DNA of 41,539 nucleotides, from positions 1 to 41,539 of the forward strand of contig JBDRMG010000005.1 in NCBI GenBank assembly GCA_043812495.1, in the 5' to 3' direction. The notes under the pieces were generated by a model that was not told the origin of the DNA, did not search any database, and saw only the letters and a program-made list of their open reading frames with translations. The stretch comes from Candidatus Omnitrophota bacterium. Its GTDB lineage: Bacteria; Omnitrophota; Gorgyraeia; Zapsychrales; JBDRMG01. Made by a program: the position numbers and the translations under genes. Below, piece after piece: positions 25,591 through 35,170 of this stretch (position 1 is its first letter; every line of letters starts with the position of its first letter).

Positions 25591-26842
25591 TTAAGAAAGA
25601 AGGAATGGTTTCACCTTGAGCGAGATCCTTAAATGTTTCCCGTCTTTTGACAATGCTGAATTGGTTTCCCTTGACCATGACTTCCGGAACACGGCAGCGC
25701 ATATTGTAGTTGCTGGACATCGTGTATCCGTACGCTCCGGCGCTCATCACCGCCAAGAGATCATTTTTCTTAAGCATAGGAAGCCGGCGGTCTTTTCCTA
25801 AAAAGTCACCGCTTTCGCAGATCGGGCCGACCACGTCAACCTTAACCGTCCGTGCTCGTCTTTTGACGACAGGAACGATTTCCTGATAAGCATGGTAAAG
25901 GCTCGGACGAATGAGGTCATTCATCCCGCCATCAACAATAAAGAATTTCTTAAATCCGTTATCCTTGAAGTAAAGCATTTTGGTCACAAAAATTCCCGCA
26001 TTGCCGGTGATAAAGCGGCCCGGCTCCATGATAATTTTAAGGCCCGATTTCTTGAGATAGGGCAACACCGCATGGGCAAATTGATCGGCATTCTGCGGCT
26101 TTTCATCCTTGTAAATGATACCGAGACCCCCACCGATATTAAGATATTCAAGGCAGACTCCCGCAGTTCTAAGATCCGTCAAGAATCTAGTTATTCTTTT
26201 CATGGCCTGAATAAATGGTTTCTGGCTTGTGATCTGAGATCCGATATGAATATGCAAGCCGTTCATCCGCACATGCGAAAACCTCGCTTGCGATTTAAGC
26301 ACCCGACGCGCATTCTTGAGATCAATGCCGAATTTTTTCGACAAAGTCCCTGTCGTAATCGCCTGATGCGTGGCGGCATCCACATCCGGATTGATGCGTA
26401 GAGCCACCTGGACCTTTCGCTTCATTTTTCTGGCCACGCGATTGATGTTCTCAAGTTCAGGAACAGACTCGACATTAAAAAATAAAATATTTTTTCTAAT
26501 GGCAAAGGCGATTTCCTGATCCGTTTTGCCGACTGAAGCAAACACGATTTTTCTTGGATCGGCACCGGCCTTGAGGGCTTTTTGAAGTTCCCCCATCGAG
26601 ACAATATCAATGCCGGAGCCAAGATTCAGCAGAGTTTTAATCACGGAAAGATTCCCGTTTGATTTCATTGAGAAGCAAATCAAAGGATCAACGGAAGCGA
26701 AGGCGCGCTTTAACTTGAGGAAGTGATCCGACAAAGTCTTATGGCTGTAAAGATAAAAGGGTGTGCCGACTTTGCGGGCCACCTCTCTTACGCTGACCTT
26801 TTCGCAATATAATTCGCCTTTTCTAAACTTAAAATCGTGCAT
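25547..26842 (-). CDS. lysA: Diaminopimelate decarboxylase
   Basis: 'GTPFYLYS', 'SMKSN', 'HIHIGSQI', 'EPGRFI', 'VVGPICESGD', 'GAYGYTMSSNYN'. Confidence 0.98.
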   Translation of the reverse strand: MHDFKFRKGELYCEKVSVREVARKVGTPFYLYSHKTLSDHFLKLKRAFASVDPLICFSMKSNGNLSVIKTLLNLGSGIDIVSMGELQKALKAGADPRKIVFASVGKTDQEIAFAIRKNILFFNVESVPELENINRVARKMKRKVQVALRINPDVDAATHQAITTGTLSKKFGIDLKNARRVLKSQARFSHVRMNGLHIHIGSQITSQKPFIQAMKRITRFLTDLRTAGVCLEYLNIGGGLGIIYKDEKPQNADQFAHAVLPYLKKSGLKIIMEPGRFITGNAGIFVTKMLYFKDNGFKKFFIVDGGMNDLIRPSLYHAYQEIVPVVKRRARTVKVDVVGPICESGDFLGKDRRLPMLKKNDLLAVMSAGAYGYTMSSNYNMRCRVPEVMVKGNQFSIVKRRETFKDLAQGETIPSFLINEAMTYGVKRHKS

Positions 26843-26845
26843 GGT

Positions 26846-28207
26846 TTATTTTTTCTTTCGTTTTCGTATAGATTTCTTTGAATTGACCGAATAAACAGGG
26901 TTCATGATGGTCCGCACTATTTGAGCGCTGAGCAATGGATGAAACTTCTTAAGTTCTGCATTCGTCATGTCGCGCAATTGAATTTCCTTTTTTCCTTTGC
27001 ATTTGTGCTTGATTAATCGACCGATGATGACATGCGCTTCTTTAAAGGGAATACCATGTTGCACAAGATAATCCGCCAAATCTGTAGCGTAAAGCGATTC
27101 ATCGTCAAGTTGCTTAGCAATATTTTCTTGATTAAATTTGACGTTCTTTAAAAGTTCGGCACAAACCTCAAGCTCCTGTTGAACAATTTCAAACGACTCA
27201 AATAGCGGTTCCTTATCCAATTGCATATCCCTGTTGTATGATAACGGCAGCCCTTTCATCATTACAAGAACGCTAATGAGATGGCCGTAGAGTTTTCCGG
27301 TGTTCCCGCGAATCAATTCCAGAACATCCGGATTCTTTTTATTGGGCATCAAAGAGCTTCCGGTGCAGAATGCATCATCGATATCGATAAAATCAAATTC
27401 CTTTGTCGACCACAGGATCAAATCTTCCGCGAGGCGAGACAAATGAAGGCCGATCACGCTGAGGGCACTTAGAATATCAATGATAAAATCCCGGCTGCTG
27501 ACCGTATCGATCGCATTTTCTGAAGCTTGAATAGATACCTTGGCTCCCAGCAATGGTTTCAAGTCTTGAGTATAACAGGATGAAGGAATAAATGTTCCGG
27601 CTAACGCTCCGGATCCCATGGTCAAATCAATGCTCTGAAATATCTGCAGGAGTTTTGCTTCGTCTCGACTCAGCATCATATGGTAGGCATGCAGGTAATT
27701 GTAAAGAGAAATAGGAATCGCATGCTGCATATGCGTGTAGCCGGGCATAATGATGTTTTTGTTTTTCTTCGCAAGCTCATTTAAGGCTTTATCAAGAACG
27801 ATCAAAAGCTCTAAAGTTTCTACGCAGTTCTCAAGGCAATACAGTTTGGTGTCAAAGACGACTTGGTCATTGCGCGAGCGGCACGTATGTAATTTCAAAG
27901 CCGCCTCTTTTGCCTTCTTCTCTGTCAGTGATTGAATAGCCGAATGAATGTCTTCGCAAGTGCTGTCCATGTCTTTGAAGAACGATCCGTTATCAATCGA
28001 AGACAGAATGGCCTTCAAAGCTTTTTTGAGCTTTGCATGCTCCTTGGGCGTCAAAAGCTTGGCTTTTTTCAGAATATCGATATGGATGAGCGAACCAAGG
28101 CAGTCATAGGCCGCAAGTTTATAATCAAAATGAATGGAATTGGTAAATTCATCCACAAGCGTGTGTGTTTTTTTGTTAAACCGTCCCCCCCATAGTTTTT
28201 CTGCCAT
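26846..28207 (-). CDS. argH: Argininosuccinate lyase
   Basis: 'KLWGGRF', 'RSRNDQV', 'MPGYTHMQHA', 'GSSLMPNKKNPDVLELIRG'. Confidence 0.98.
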   Translation of the reverse strand: MAEKLWGGRFNKKTHTLVDEFTNSIHFDYKLAAYDCLGSLIHIDILKKAKLLTPKEHAKLKKALKAILSSIDNGSFFKDMDSTCEDIHSAIQSLTEKKAKEAALKLHTCRSRNDQVVFDTKLYCLENCVETLELLIVLDKALNELAKKNKNIIMPGYTHMQHAIPISLYNYLHAYHMMLSRDEAKLLQIFQSIDLTMGSGALAGTFIPSSCYTQDLKPLLGAKVSIQASENAIDTVSSRDFIIDILSALSVIGLHLSRLAEDLILWSTKEFDFIDIDDAFCTGSSLMPNKKNPDVLELIRGNTGKLYGHLISVLVMMKGLPLSYNRDMQLDKEPLFESFEIVQQELEVCAELLKNVKFNQENIAKQLDDESLYATDLADYLVQHGIPFKEAHVIIGRLIKHKCKGKKEIQLRDMTNAELKKFHPLLSAQIVRTIMNPVYSVNSKKSIRKRKKK

Positions 28208-28218
28208 GATGTTTCTCC

Positions 28219-29382
28219 TTAATACGGCATTCCCCAGAGTTTAATAAATCCTTCCGCCAATTTCTGATCAAATGTATCTTTGTCACCGTACGTAGCCAAT
28301 TTTTCCTTGTAAAGAGAATATTCTGATTTTCGGCCAACGGGTGTGCAATTTCCTTTGTATAATTTTAAACGCACCACACCGCTAACTTTTTCCTGCGTCT
28401 TGTTGATCCAGGCATCCAATTGTTTCTTGAGCGGCGTTTCCCATAGGCCGTAATAAATCATTTCGGCGTATTTTTGCGCTAAGGTTTCTTTGTAGTGCAA
28501 TGTTTCCCGGTCTAAAACAAGGCTTTCCAATTCTTTATGGGCGATATGCAGGATTGTCCCGCCCGGAGCTTCGTAAATTTCACGCGATTTAATACCGACC
28601 AAACGGTTTTCCACCATATCGACGCGGCCAACGGCATTTTTCCCACCGATTTCATTCAACTTCTTAATCAAATCAACCGGTTTATAAGATTTGCCATGGA
28701 TACTTACCGGAATCCCCTTGTTGAATCCAATCGTTATATAGGTCACCTTATGCGGTGCCTTTTGAGGACTGACCGTCATTTGATAAATTTCTTCAGGTGG
28801 TTCTTTCCAGGGATCTTCGAGAATCCCGCATTCGATACTCATCCCGTATATATTTTTGTCGATACTGTAAGGACTTTTCTTTGTCACATTAATGGGAATG
28901 CCTTTGGCCTTGGCGTAATCGATTTCTTGTTCACGCGTTTTAAATTCCCATATCCTCACCGGGGCAATCTGCTTGAGCTTGGGATCAAGGATTTTGGCCG
29001 TGACTTCAAAGCGAATCTGATCATTGCCCTTGCCTGTGCAACCATGAGCCAGGGCCTGCGCTTCTTCTTTATGCGCAATTTCCACCTGGTATTTCGCGAT
29101 CAATGGCCGCGACAAGGCCGTGGCCAAGAGATACTTACCCTCGTAAATCGCATTGGCCTTAAGGGCGCTAAATACATATTTCTCGACAAATTCTTTTTTT
29201 AAATCCAGCACATAGACTTTGGAAGCGCCGGTTTTCAAGGCCCGCTTTTGGATTTCCTTGAAATTGTCCTCTTGACCGACATCGGCAATGCACGCGATCA
29301 CCTGATAGCCTTTGTCCTGGAGCCATTTGATCGCGCAGGAGGTGTCGAGACCACCGGAATAAGCCAATACAACCTTTTTCAT
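28219..29382 (-). CDS. argG: Argininosuccinate synthase
   Basis: 'AYSGGLDTS', 'HGCTGKGNDQIRFE', 'ENRLVGIKSREIYEAP'. Confidence 0.98.
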   Translation of the reverse strand: MKKVVLAYSGGLDTSCAIKWLQDKGYQVIACIADVGQEDNFKEIQKRALKTGASKVYVLDLKKEFVEKYVFSALKANAIYEGKYLLATALSRPLIAKYQVEIAHKEEAQALAHGCTGKGNDQIRFEVTAKILDPKLKQIAPVRIWEFKTREQEIDYAKAKGIPINVTKKSPYSIDKNIYGMSIECGILEDPWKEPPEEIYQMTVSPQKAPHKVTYITIGFNKGIPVSIHGKSYKPVDLIKKLNEIGGKNAVGRVDMVENRLVGIKSREIYEAPGGTILHIAHKELESLVLDRETLHYKETLAQKYAEMIYYGLWETPLKKQLDAWINKTQEKVSGVVRLKLYKGNCTPVGRKSEYSLYKEKLATYGDKDTFDQKLAEGFIKLWGMPY

Positions 29383-29921
29383 AATAATTCTCCAATGGGA
29401 ACATTATTTCGATCGTTTTCCCAATTATTAATATTTTGATCAATATACGTTTGAATTCGATTAAGATCTTTATCGTTACGAATAATGTGTTCGTAATAAT
29501 TACGTTGCCATACAGGGTTACCGGGCCGTTGGCGAATTTGATTGATTAATTTTGACGTATTCATTTTAAAATATCCGATTATTTTTGGCAATAACATATT
29601 TCGCCGATATATGCGATTATTCGGGTTTTTTTGTTGTAGGGGCAATTCATGAATTGCCCCTACAATATTGATAACGGAAATAATCCCATGAATATGGTTT
29701 GGTAAAATAACATGATCATCCAATCGAATATTTTGAAAACGTACGGATAATTGTTTCCATTGCGATTGCACCAATTCCCCAAACACATTTAATTGTATTT
29801 TTTTGTCAACAATATCACCGAACAAACATGATCGGTTTTTTGTGCAAATGGTTACAAAATAGGAACCAGACGTTGAATAATTGTATTCTTTTAAACGCAT
29901 TTGTTTACGACATTTAATCAT
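29379..29921 (-). CDS. REP-associated tyrosine transposase (RAYT/TnpA-REP, HUH Y1 family)
   Basis: 'RLKEYNYS..GSYFVTICT', HUH motif 'LPNHIHGII', 'VWQRNYYEHIIR', catalytic Tyr in 'YIDQN'; visibly AT-richer than its neighbours. Confidence 0.92.
   Translation of the reverse strand: MIKCRKQMRLKEYNYSTSGSYFVTICTKNRSCLFGDIVDKKIQLNVFGELVQSQWKQLSVRFQNIRLDDHVILPNHIHGIISVINIVGAIHELPLQQKNPNNRIYRRNMLLPKIIGYFKMNTSKLINQIRQRPGNPVWQRNYYEHIIRNDKDLNRIQTYIDQNINNWENDRNNVPIGELL
29634..29665. repeat. GTAG-type REP palindrome inside the RAYT coding sequence
   Basis: Perfect 32-bp palindrome TTGTAGGGGCAATTCATGAATTGCCCCTACAA, encoding VGAIHELPLQ. Confidence 0.88.
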
Positions 29922-30841
29922 TTAACAATTCCCAATAAGAATAACAAAATAGCCTTCTGGACGTGCATGCGGTTTTCGGCCTGATCGAAAACAACCGAAT
30001 GCGGACCGTCCAAGATATCGGACGTCACTTCCTGTCCGCGATGTGCCGGAAGACAATGCATAAAAATATAATTTTTATCGGCCAGCTGGGCTAATCTCTC
30101 ATTCACTTGAAATTCCTTAAATGCGCCAAGCCTCTTTTTTGTCTCTTCTTCTTGGCCCATACTAACCCAGACATCCGCATAAAGGACATTGGCGTTTTTC
30201 GCTGCTTCTTGCGGGGAATAGGATAATTCAATCTTTGATCCTGATTCCTTGGCGATGGCTTGGGCGATTTTGATGATGTCTTTTTTTGGTTCATAGCCTT
30301 TGGGTGTCGCGACTTTGATATTGATTCCGACCTTGGCGCAACCCAAAAGCAATGAATGGCAAACATTGTTTCCATCGCCGATATAAGCCAGCGTGACACT
30401 TTCTAAATCGCTGAATTTTTCTTTCACGGTGAAAATATCGGCCAATCCTTGGCATGGGTGAAATAGATCCGATAAACCGTTAATAATAGGCACGCTCGCA
30501 TTTTGCGCGAGTTCAATAATGTCTTTATGGGCATTGGTCCGCGCAACGATACAGTGAACATAGCGCGAAAGCGTTTTGGCCACGTCGGCCGTGGATTCCC
30601 GCTTGCCTAAGTCAATTTCCCGCGGACTCAAATAAAGGCTTTTTCCGCCCAACTGCCAAATGCCGATCTCAAACGATACGCGCGTCCGATTCGACGGTTT
30701 CTGAAAAACCAAGGCTACAGATTTTTCTTTGAGTTGATCCGTATTCTTTCCTTTTTGGCTTTTGAGCTGAATGGTATGCGCAAGCAACCCTTCAATTTCC
30801 TTGGACGAAAAATCCTGAAGACTCAATAAATCACGTTTCAT
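29918..30841 (-). CDS. argF: Ornithine carbamoyltransferase
   Basis: 'KPSNRTRVSFE', 'HPCQGLAD', 'GDGNNV', 'SMG', 'FMHCLPAHRG', 'DQAENR'. Start trimmed to MKRDLL. Confidence 0.98.
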   Translation of the reverse strand: MKRDLLSLQDFSSKEIEGLLAHTIQLKSQKGKNTDQLKEKSVALVFQKPSNRTRVSFEIGIWQLGGKSLYLSPREIDLGKRESTADVAKTLSRYVHCIVARTNAHKDIIELAQNASVPIINGLSDLFHPCQGLADIFTVKEKFSDLESVTLAYIGDGNNVCHSLLLGCAKVGINIKVATPKGYEPKKDIIKIAQAIAKESGSKIELSYSPQEAAKNANVLYADVWVSMGQEEETKKRLGAFKEFQVNERLAQLADKNYIFMHCLPAHRGQEVTSDILDGPHSVVFDQAENRMHVQKAILLFLLGIVK

Positions 30842-30848
30842 GGTTATC

Positions 30849-32033
30849 CTATCCTGCGATTTTCGCAAAGGCCTGATCCAGAATCATAAAGGCCTTTTGA
30901 ATTTGTTTTTTTGTGACATTCAAAGCCGGCATCAGGCGCAACACGGTATTTTGCGTGCAATTGATGATCAGTCCTTGACGGAAACACTCATCCACAATGG
31001 CCTTGCCTTCGATATTCAGTTGGATGCCGAACATGAGGCCCAATCCCCGCACTTCCGTGATGCAAGGATATTTTTCTTTCAGGCCGTGAATTTTTTCCAT
31101 AATGACAGGGTGCATTTGTTTTGCGTTCTTCAACATTTTATCGCTGGTGATCGCCTTGAAAGTGCCCAGCGCGGCTTTGCAAATCAAAGGACTCCCTCCG
31201 AATGTCGAGGCATGCATGCCCGGCTTAAAGGTATCTGCCAGTTTTTCTTTAACGACCATAACGCCAATAGGTAATCCTCCTCCCAAGGCTTTCGCGAGAA
31301 CCATAATATCCGGAATGACGTCATAATTTTTATAACAAAACATCTCTCCTGTGCGGCCCATGCCCGTTTGCACTTCGTCAAAAATTAGAAGAATATCCTT
31401 TTCATCGCAGATTTTGCGGATTTCCTTCACATAGGTTGGCTGAGCGATGTGAACCCCGCCTTCCCCTTGAACCAACTCCAGGAGAATAGCGATGGTCTGC
31501 TCCGTGAGTGCGTTTTTCAGCGCTCCAATATCATTAAAAAGAACAGTTTTAAAACCGCTGACTAAGGGTGCGAAACCGTCTTGGTATTTCTTTTGTCCTG
31601 TGGCGGATAGCGAGCCCAGTGTTCGCCCGTGAAAAGAATTTTTCATGGAAATGATCTCATAGCGCTTCCCTTTACCGTACGCGCGGGCAAATTTAATGGC
31701 CGACTCGCAAGCCTCCGTACCGCTGTTACAAAAAAACACTTTTCCTTCAAAAGAATGATAAATAATTTCTTTGGCCAACTTCACTTGCTGAGGGTGGTAT
31801 AAATTGTTGGGAATATGAATCAGCTTTCCGATTTGATCGCGGACAGCCGCCATCACCTTGGGATGGCAGTGTCCCACATTGCTCACGCCCCATCCGGGGA
31901 AAAAGTCCAAATATTTTTTTCCGTCAATATCTGTCAAAGTCATGCCTTTGCCTTTGACAAAAATGCCGGGCATGCGCGAATACGTTGACAAGATATATTT
32001 TTCGTAATTTTGGTAGATTTCAGCTTTTTTCAT
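30849..32033 (-). CDS. argD: Acetylornithine aminotransferase
   Basis: 'NSGTEACE', 'SFHGRT', 'FDEVQTGMGRTG', 'LAKALGGG'; in the arg operon. Confidence 0.95.
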   Translation of the reverse strand: MKKAEIYQNYEKYILSTYSRMPGIFVKGKGMTLTDIDGKKYLDFFPGWGVSNVGHCHPKVMAAVRDQIGKLIHIPNNLYHPQQVKLAKEIIYHSFEGKVFFCNSGTEACESAIKFARAYGKGKRYEIISMKNSFHGRTLGSLSATGQKKYQDGFAPLVSGFKTVLFNDIGALKNALTEQTIAILLELVQGEGGVHIAQPTYVKEIRKICDEKDILLIFDEVQTGMGRTGEMFCYKNYDVIPDIMVLAKALGGGLPIGVMVVKEKLADTFKPGMHASTFGGSPLICKAALGTFKAITSDKMLKNAKQMHPVIMEKIHGLKEKYPCITEVRGLGLMFGIQLNIEGKAIVDECFRQGLIINCTQNTVLRLMPALNVTKKQIQKAFMILDQAFAKIAG

Positions 32034-32883
32034 CGTGAATAATTTGTGTTCCGATACCTTTATCGGTAAAGATCTCTAAAAGCAAGGCATGCTGCAAACG
32101 CGCGTCAACAATGTGCGTTTTTTTGACCCCGCCTTTAAGCGCCTCAAGACAAGCATCAACTTTGGGAATCATGCCGCCTGTGATAGCTTGATTGGTCTTG
32201 AGCAGTTCCACATCCTTTAATTTCAACGTTGAAATCAAAGAATTCGGGTCATCCGGATCCTTTAAAACGCCTTGCACATTCGTTAAGAGAACAAGTTTCT
32301 CTGCCTGCAATGATGATGCAATCGCACTCGCGACCTCATCGGCATTGACATTATGCGGTTGTTTCTCTGTGCTGATTCCCATAGGAGATAAAACCGTAAT
32401 GTGTCCTTCTTTCAAATGATGTTCGATAGCTTCTTTATCGACTTTCTCGATAGTACCAACAAAACCCAAGTCTTTGGATGCCTGTTTTTTGTGCACATGA
32501 ATGATGTTTTCTTGTCCCTTGAGACCCGTGACATCGCCACGCAAAGCCCTGATTTCTGTAACGATCTTTGTGTTCAATTTATCCAGCTCTTCGATGACAA
32601 TATGAAGAGTTTCCTTGTCCGTGACGCGAATGCCGTTATGAAATTCTGCCTTCTTTCCTGTGGCCTCCAGACGTTTAGAGATGTGCGGTCCACCGCCATG
32701 GATGAGAATCGTTCGGATTCCTACGTAACTTAAAAACACAATATCCTCGAGAACGTTTTTGCGTATCGTTTCATCATCCAAAATACTTCCGCCGTATTTG
32801 ATCACAAAAACCTTTTGGCGAAAGGCATGAATATACGGAATCGCTTCAACCAGGACCGAGGCTTTTTTAATTATATTTTCCAT
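32020..32883 (-). CDS. argB: Acetylglutamate kinase
   Basis: 'VIKYGG', 'IHGGGP', 'NVNAD', 'GGMIPKV', 'LLLEIFTDKGIGT'. Start trimmed to MENIIKK. Confidence 0.98.
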   Translation of the reverse strand: MENIIKKASVLVEAIPYIHAFRQKVFVIKYGGSILDDETIRKNVLEDIVFLSYVGIRTILIHGGGPHISKRLEATGKKAEFHNGIRVTDKETLHIVIEELDKLNTKIVTEIRALRGDVTGLKGQENIIHVHKKQASKDLGFVGTIEKVDKEAIEHHLKEGHITVLSPMGISTEKQPHNVNADEVASAIASSLQAEKLVLLTNVQGVLKDPDDPNSLISTLKLKDVELLKTNQAITGGMIPKVDACLEALKGGVKKTHIVDARLQHALLLEIFTDKGIGTQIIHDEKS

Positions 32884-34009
32884 TGATGCGCACGTAGTCC
32901 AGAGATAAATCCGATGTATAAACCGTTGAAGAAGCACGACCAAGATTTAAATTGACTGAAATATTAATATTCTTTGTTTTGAAAGAACTGAATTTAATTT
33001 TCATTTGCTTTTCCGAAATAGGCAAGCCGAGCGAGCCAACCGCTGCGGCCACGCGTCCCCAATTAGGATTGCTGCCGTAAGCCGCGGTTTTCACAAGATT
33101 TGAGTTGGCAATCGCCAGGGCCGCTTGCTTGGCCTGCGCTTGCGTCTTTGCGCCATGGACGCTCACCTCGATAAATTTTGTTCCTCCTTCGGCATCAAGA
33201 ACAATCTTCTTCGCACAATCAAGACAAATCAAATCTAGGGCCTTGCAAAAAGCTGTAAAATCTTTTCCGGGCTTGGTGATTTTCTTGTTTTGAGCCAAGC
33301 CGTTAGCCATGACGACAACCATATCATTTGTGCTCATGCACCCGTCCACCGTAATGTTATTGAAAGAATGATTCACGGCATTCTTTAAAGCGATTTTTAG
33401 CATAGAGCGAGAAATGGCCGCATCCGTCGTAATGAATCCAAGCATGGTCGCCATGTTGGGCGCAATCATGCCCGAACCTTTGGCTATAGCGCCGAGGTGG
33501 GCCTTACGATTTCCCAATTTTATCTCGACAGTGAGTTCTTTAACTTTTTTATCTGTCGTTAAGATACCGCGTGCGGCTTTCATGCCTCCGCTTTTGCATA
33601 GACCATTGACCAGCTTGGGAATCCCCGCCCTGATTTTATCGATCGGTAGCTTTCGGCCAATAATTCCTGTCGAGGCGACCAGGACATTCTTGGGCTGGAT
33701 ATTGAGTACCTTTGCCGTTAACTCTGTCATTTGTTTAGCATGAAGCAAACCAGGGTGGCCCGTAAAACAATTGGCATTTCCGCTATTGGCGATGATGGCC
33801 TGTATCGCGCAATTTCCTTGTAGCCTTTCTTGAGAAATCACTAATGGCGCGGCCTTAATAGAATTTTTTGTAAAAACGCCTGCGCAAACACACGGAACTT
33901 GGCTATAGATGAGCGATAAATCCGGTTTTCCTGAACGCTTTAGTCCGCAGGCGATTCCGTTAGCTTCGAATCCCTCGGGAGCCGATACATTTCCCTTAAT
34001 TCGTTTCAT
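32867..34009 (-). CDS. argJ: Ornithine acetyltransferase
   Basis: 'NSGNANCFTG', 'ASTGIIG', 'KGSGMIAPNMATML', 'VDGCMSTND', 'NWGRV'. Confidence 0.97.
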   Translation of the reverse strand: MKRIKGNVSAPEGFEANGIACGLKRSGKPDLSLIYSQVPCVCAGVFTKNSIKAAPLVISQERLQGNCAIQAIIANSGNANCFTGHPGLLHAKQMTELTAKVLNIQPKNVLVASTGIIGRKLPIDKIRAGIPKLVNGLCKSGGMKAARGILTTDKKVKELTVEIKLGNRKAHLGAIAKGSGMIAPNMATMLGFITTDAAISRSMLKIALKNAVNHSFNNITVDGCMSTNDMVVVMANGLAQNKKITKPGKDFTAFCKALDLICLDCAKKIVLDAEGGTKFIEVSVHGAKTQAQAKQAALAIANSNLVKTAAYGSNPNWGRVAAAVGSLGLPISEKQMKIKFSSFKTKNINISVNLNLGRASSTVYTSDLSLDYVRINGKYN

Positions 34010-35025
34010 ATCAAACCCGCCGATTCTCTATATCCGCACATGATATTAAAGTTTTGAACCGCTTGACCGGATGCGCCTTTCATTAAATTATCGATGACGC
34101 TTGTGATAACGATCAAACGATGTTTTGGTTCTACCGCAAGGCTGATGTCGCAATAATTTGTTCCGGTGACACACTTGACTTCCGGTTGTTCACCTTGCTT
34201 GAGGATGCGTACAAATTTTTCGGTTTTGTAGAATTTCATATAAAGATCATGAATCTTGTTAGGTAACTTTCCTTTTTTATAACGAACATAAATGGTTTCG
34301 AGTATGCCACGATTAATAGGAATCAAATGCGGGACAAAATCCACGCACAGCGCTTTCTTGCCAAGTCGAGACAAGTAATATTCAATTTCCGGCGTGTGCT
34401 GATGCGTCAAAACTTTATAAGCCTTCATGCTTTCATTCACTTCAGAGAATAAGAGCGACAAGGCCGCTTTGCGGCCCGCACCGGAAACACCTGATTTGGC
34501 GTCAATGGTCAAGGATTCGATGCCTTGAGCTTTAAGGGCAACCAATGGCGCCAAGGCGAGAATGGCGGCCGTAGGATAGCATCCCGGATTAGCCACCAAA
34601 TCGGCTCTCTTGATTTTCTCGCGATAGAGCTCGGGTAAACCATAAACCGCAAGAGATAAATTCTTTTTATCTTTATGCTCTTGACCATAAAACGTTTTGT
34701 AAAGTTTTGTATCATTCAATCGATAATCAGCGCTGATATCAATCACGCGCTTACCGGCCTTCAAGAGCTTGGGCACAATACCCATGGCCACCGTATGCGG
34801 GACGGCCAAAAACAAGACATCGCAAAGCCCAATCGCTTTTTTAAGATCAAACGGATCGCAGTAGAGTTTTGTCTTTCCTTTTAGGTGAGGCCAGATTTCC
34901 TCAATCCGACCCTTTGTTGTATTGGCGCTGACATATGTCACGCGCGCAAACGGATGTTTCAATAAAAGCTCTAATGCGAGACCACCGGAATACCCGCTTA
35001 TTCCCACTATGCCGACTTTTGTCAT
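34006..35025 (-). CDS. argC: N-acetyl-gamma-glutamyl-phosphate reductase
   Basis: 'VANPGCYPT', 'DAKSGVSGAGR', 'HQHTPEI', 'IDNLMKGASGQAVQN'. Confidence 0.98.
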   Translation of the reverse strand: MTKVGIVGISGYSGGLALELLLKHPFARVTYVSANTTKGRIEEIWPHLKGKTKLYCDPFDLKKAIGLCDVLFLAVPHTVAMGIVPKLLKAGKRVIDISADYRLNDTKLYKTFYGQEHKDKKNLSLAVYGLPELYREKIKRADLVANPGCYPTAAILALAPLVALKAQGIESLTIDAKSGVSGAGRKAALSLLFSEVNESMKAYKVLTHQHTPEIEYYLSRLGKKALCVDFVPHLIPINRGILETIYVRYKKGKLPNKIHDLYMKFYKTEKFVRILKQGEQPEVKCVTGTNYCDISLAVEPKHRLIVITSVIDNLMKGASGQAVQNFNIMCGYRESAGLI

Positions 35026-35101
35026 ATACTCCTCTTTTTAAATTGTAACTATCGCTCGTCTTTAGAGTTAAGGTAATTTCGTAGAGCCTTATCTTAAAAT
35101 A

Positions 35102-35145
35102 AAAAACCTATCTCGTCAACTTCTTTGTCGGGGAGATAGGTTTTT
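35102..35145 (-). terminator. Intrinsic terminator after rpsI
   Basis: AAAAACCTATCTC / GAGATAGGTTTTT inverted repeat with T-tract on the minus strand. Confidence 0.8.
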
Positions 35146-35170
35146 AACTATTAATATAGATATTAAATAA

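Noticed and set aside
35026..35100. ArgR boxes, T-box or lysine riboswitch upstream of the arg/lys run
   Set aside because: The spacer is short and I found no ARG-box palindrome or riboswitch-sized leader.
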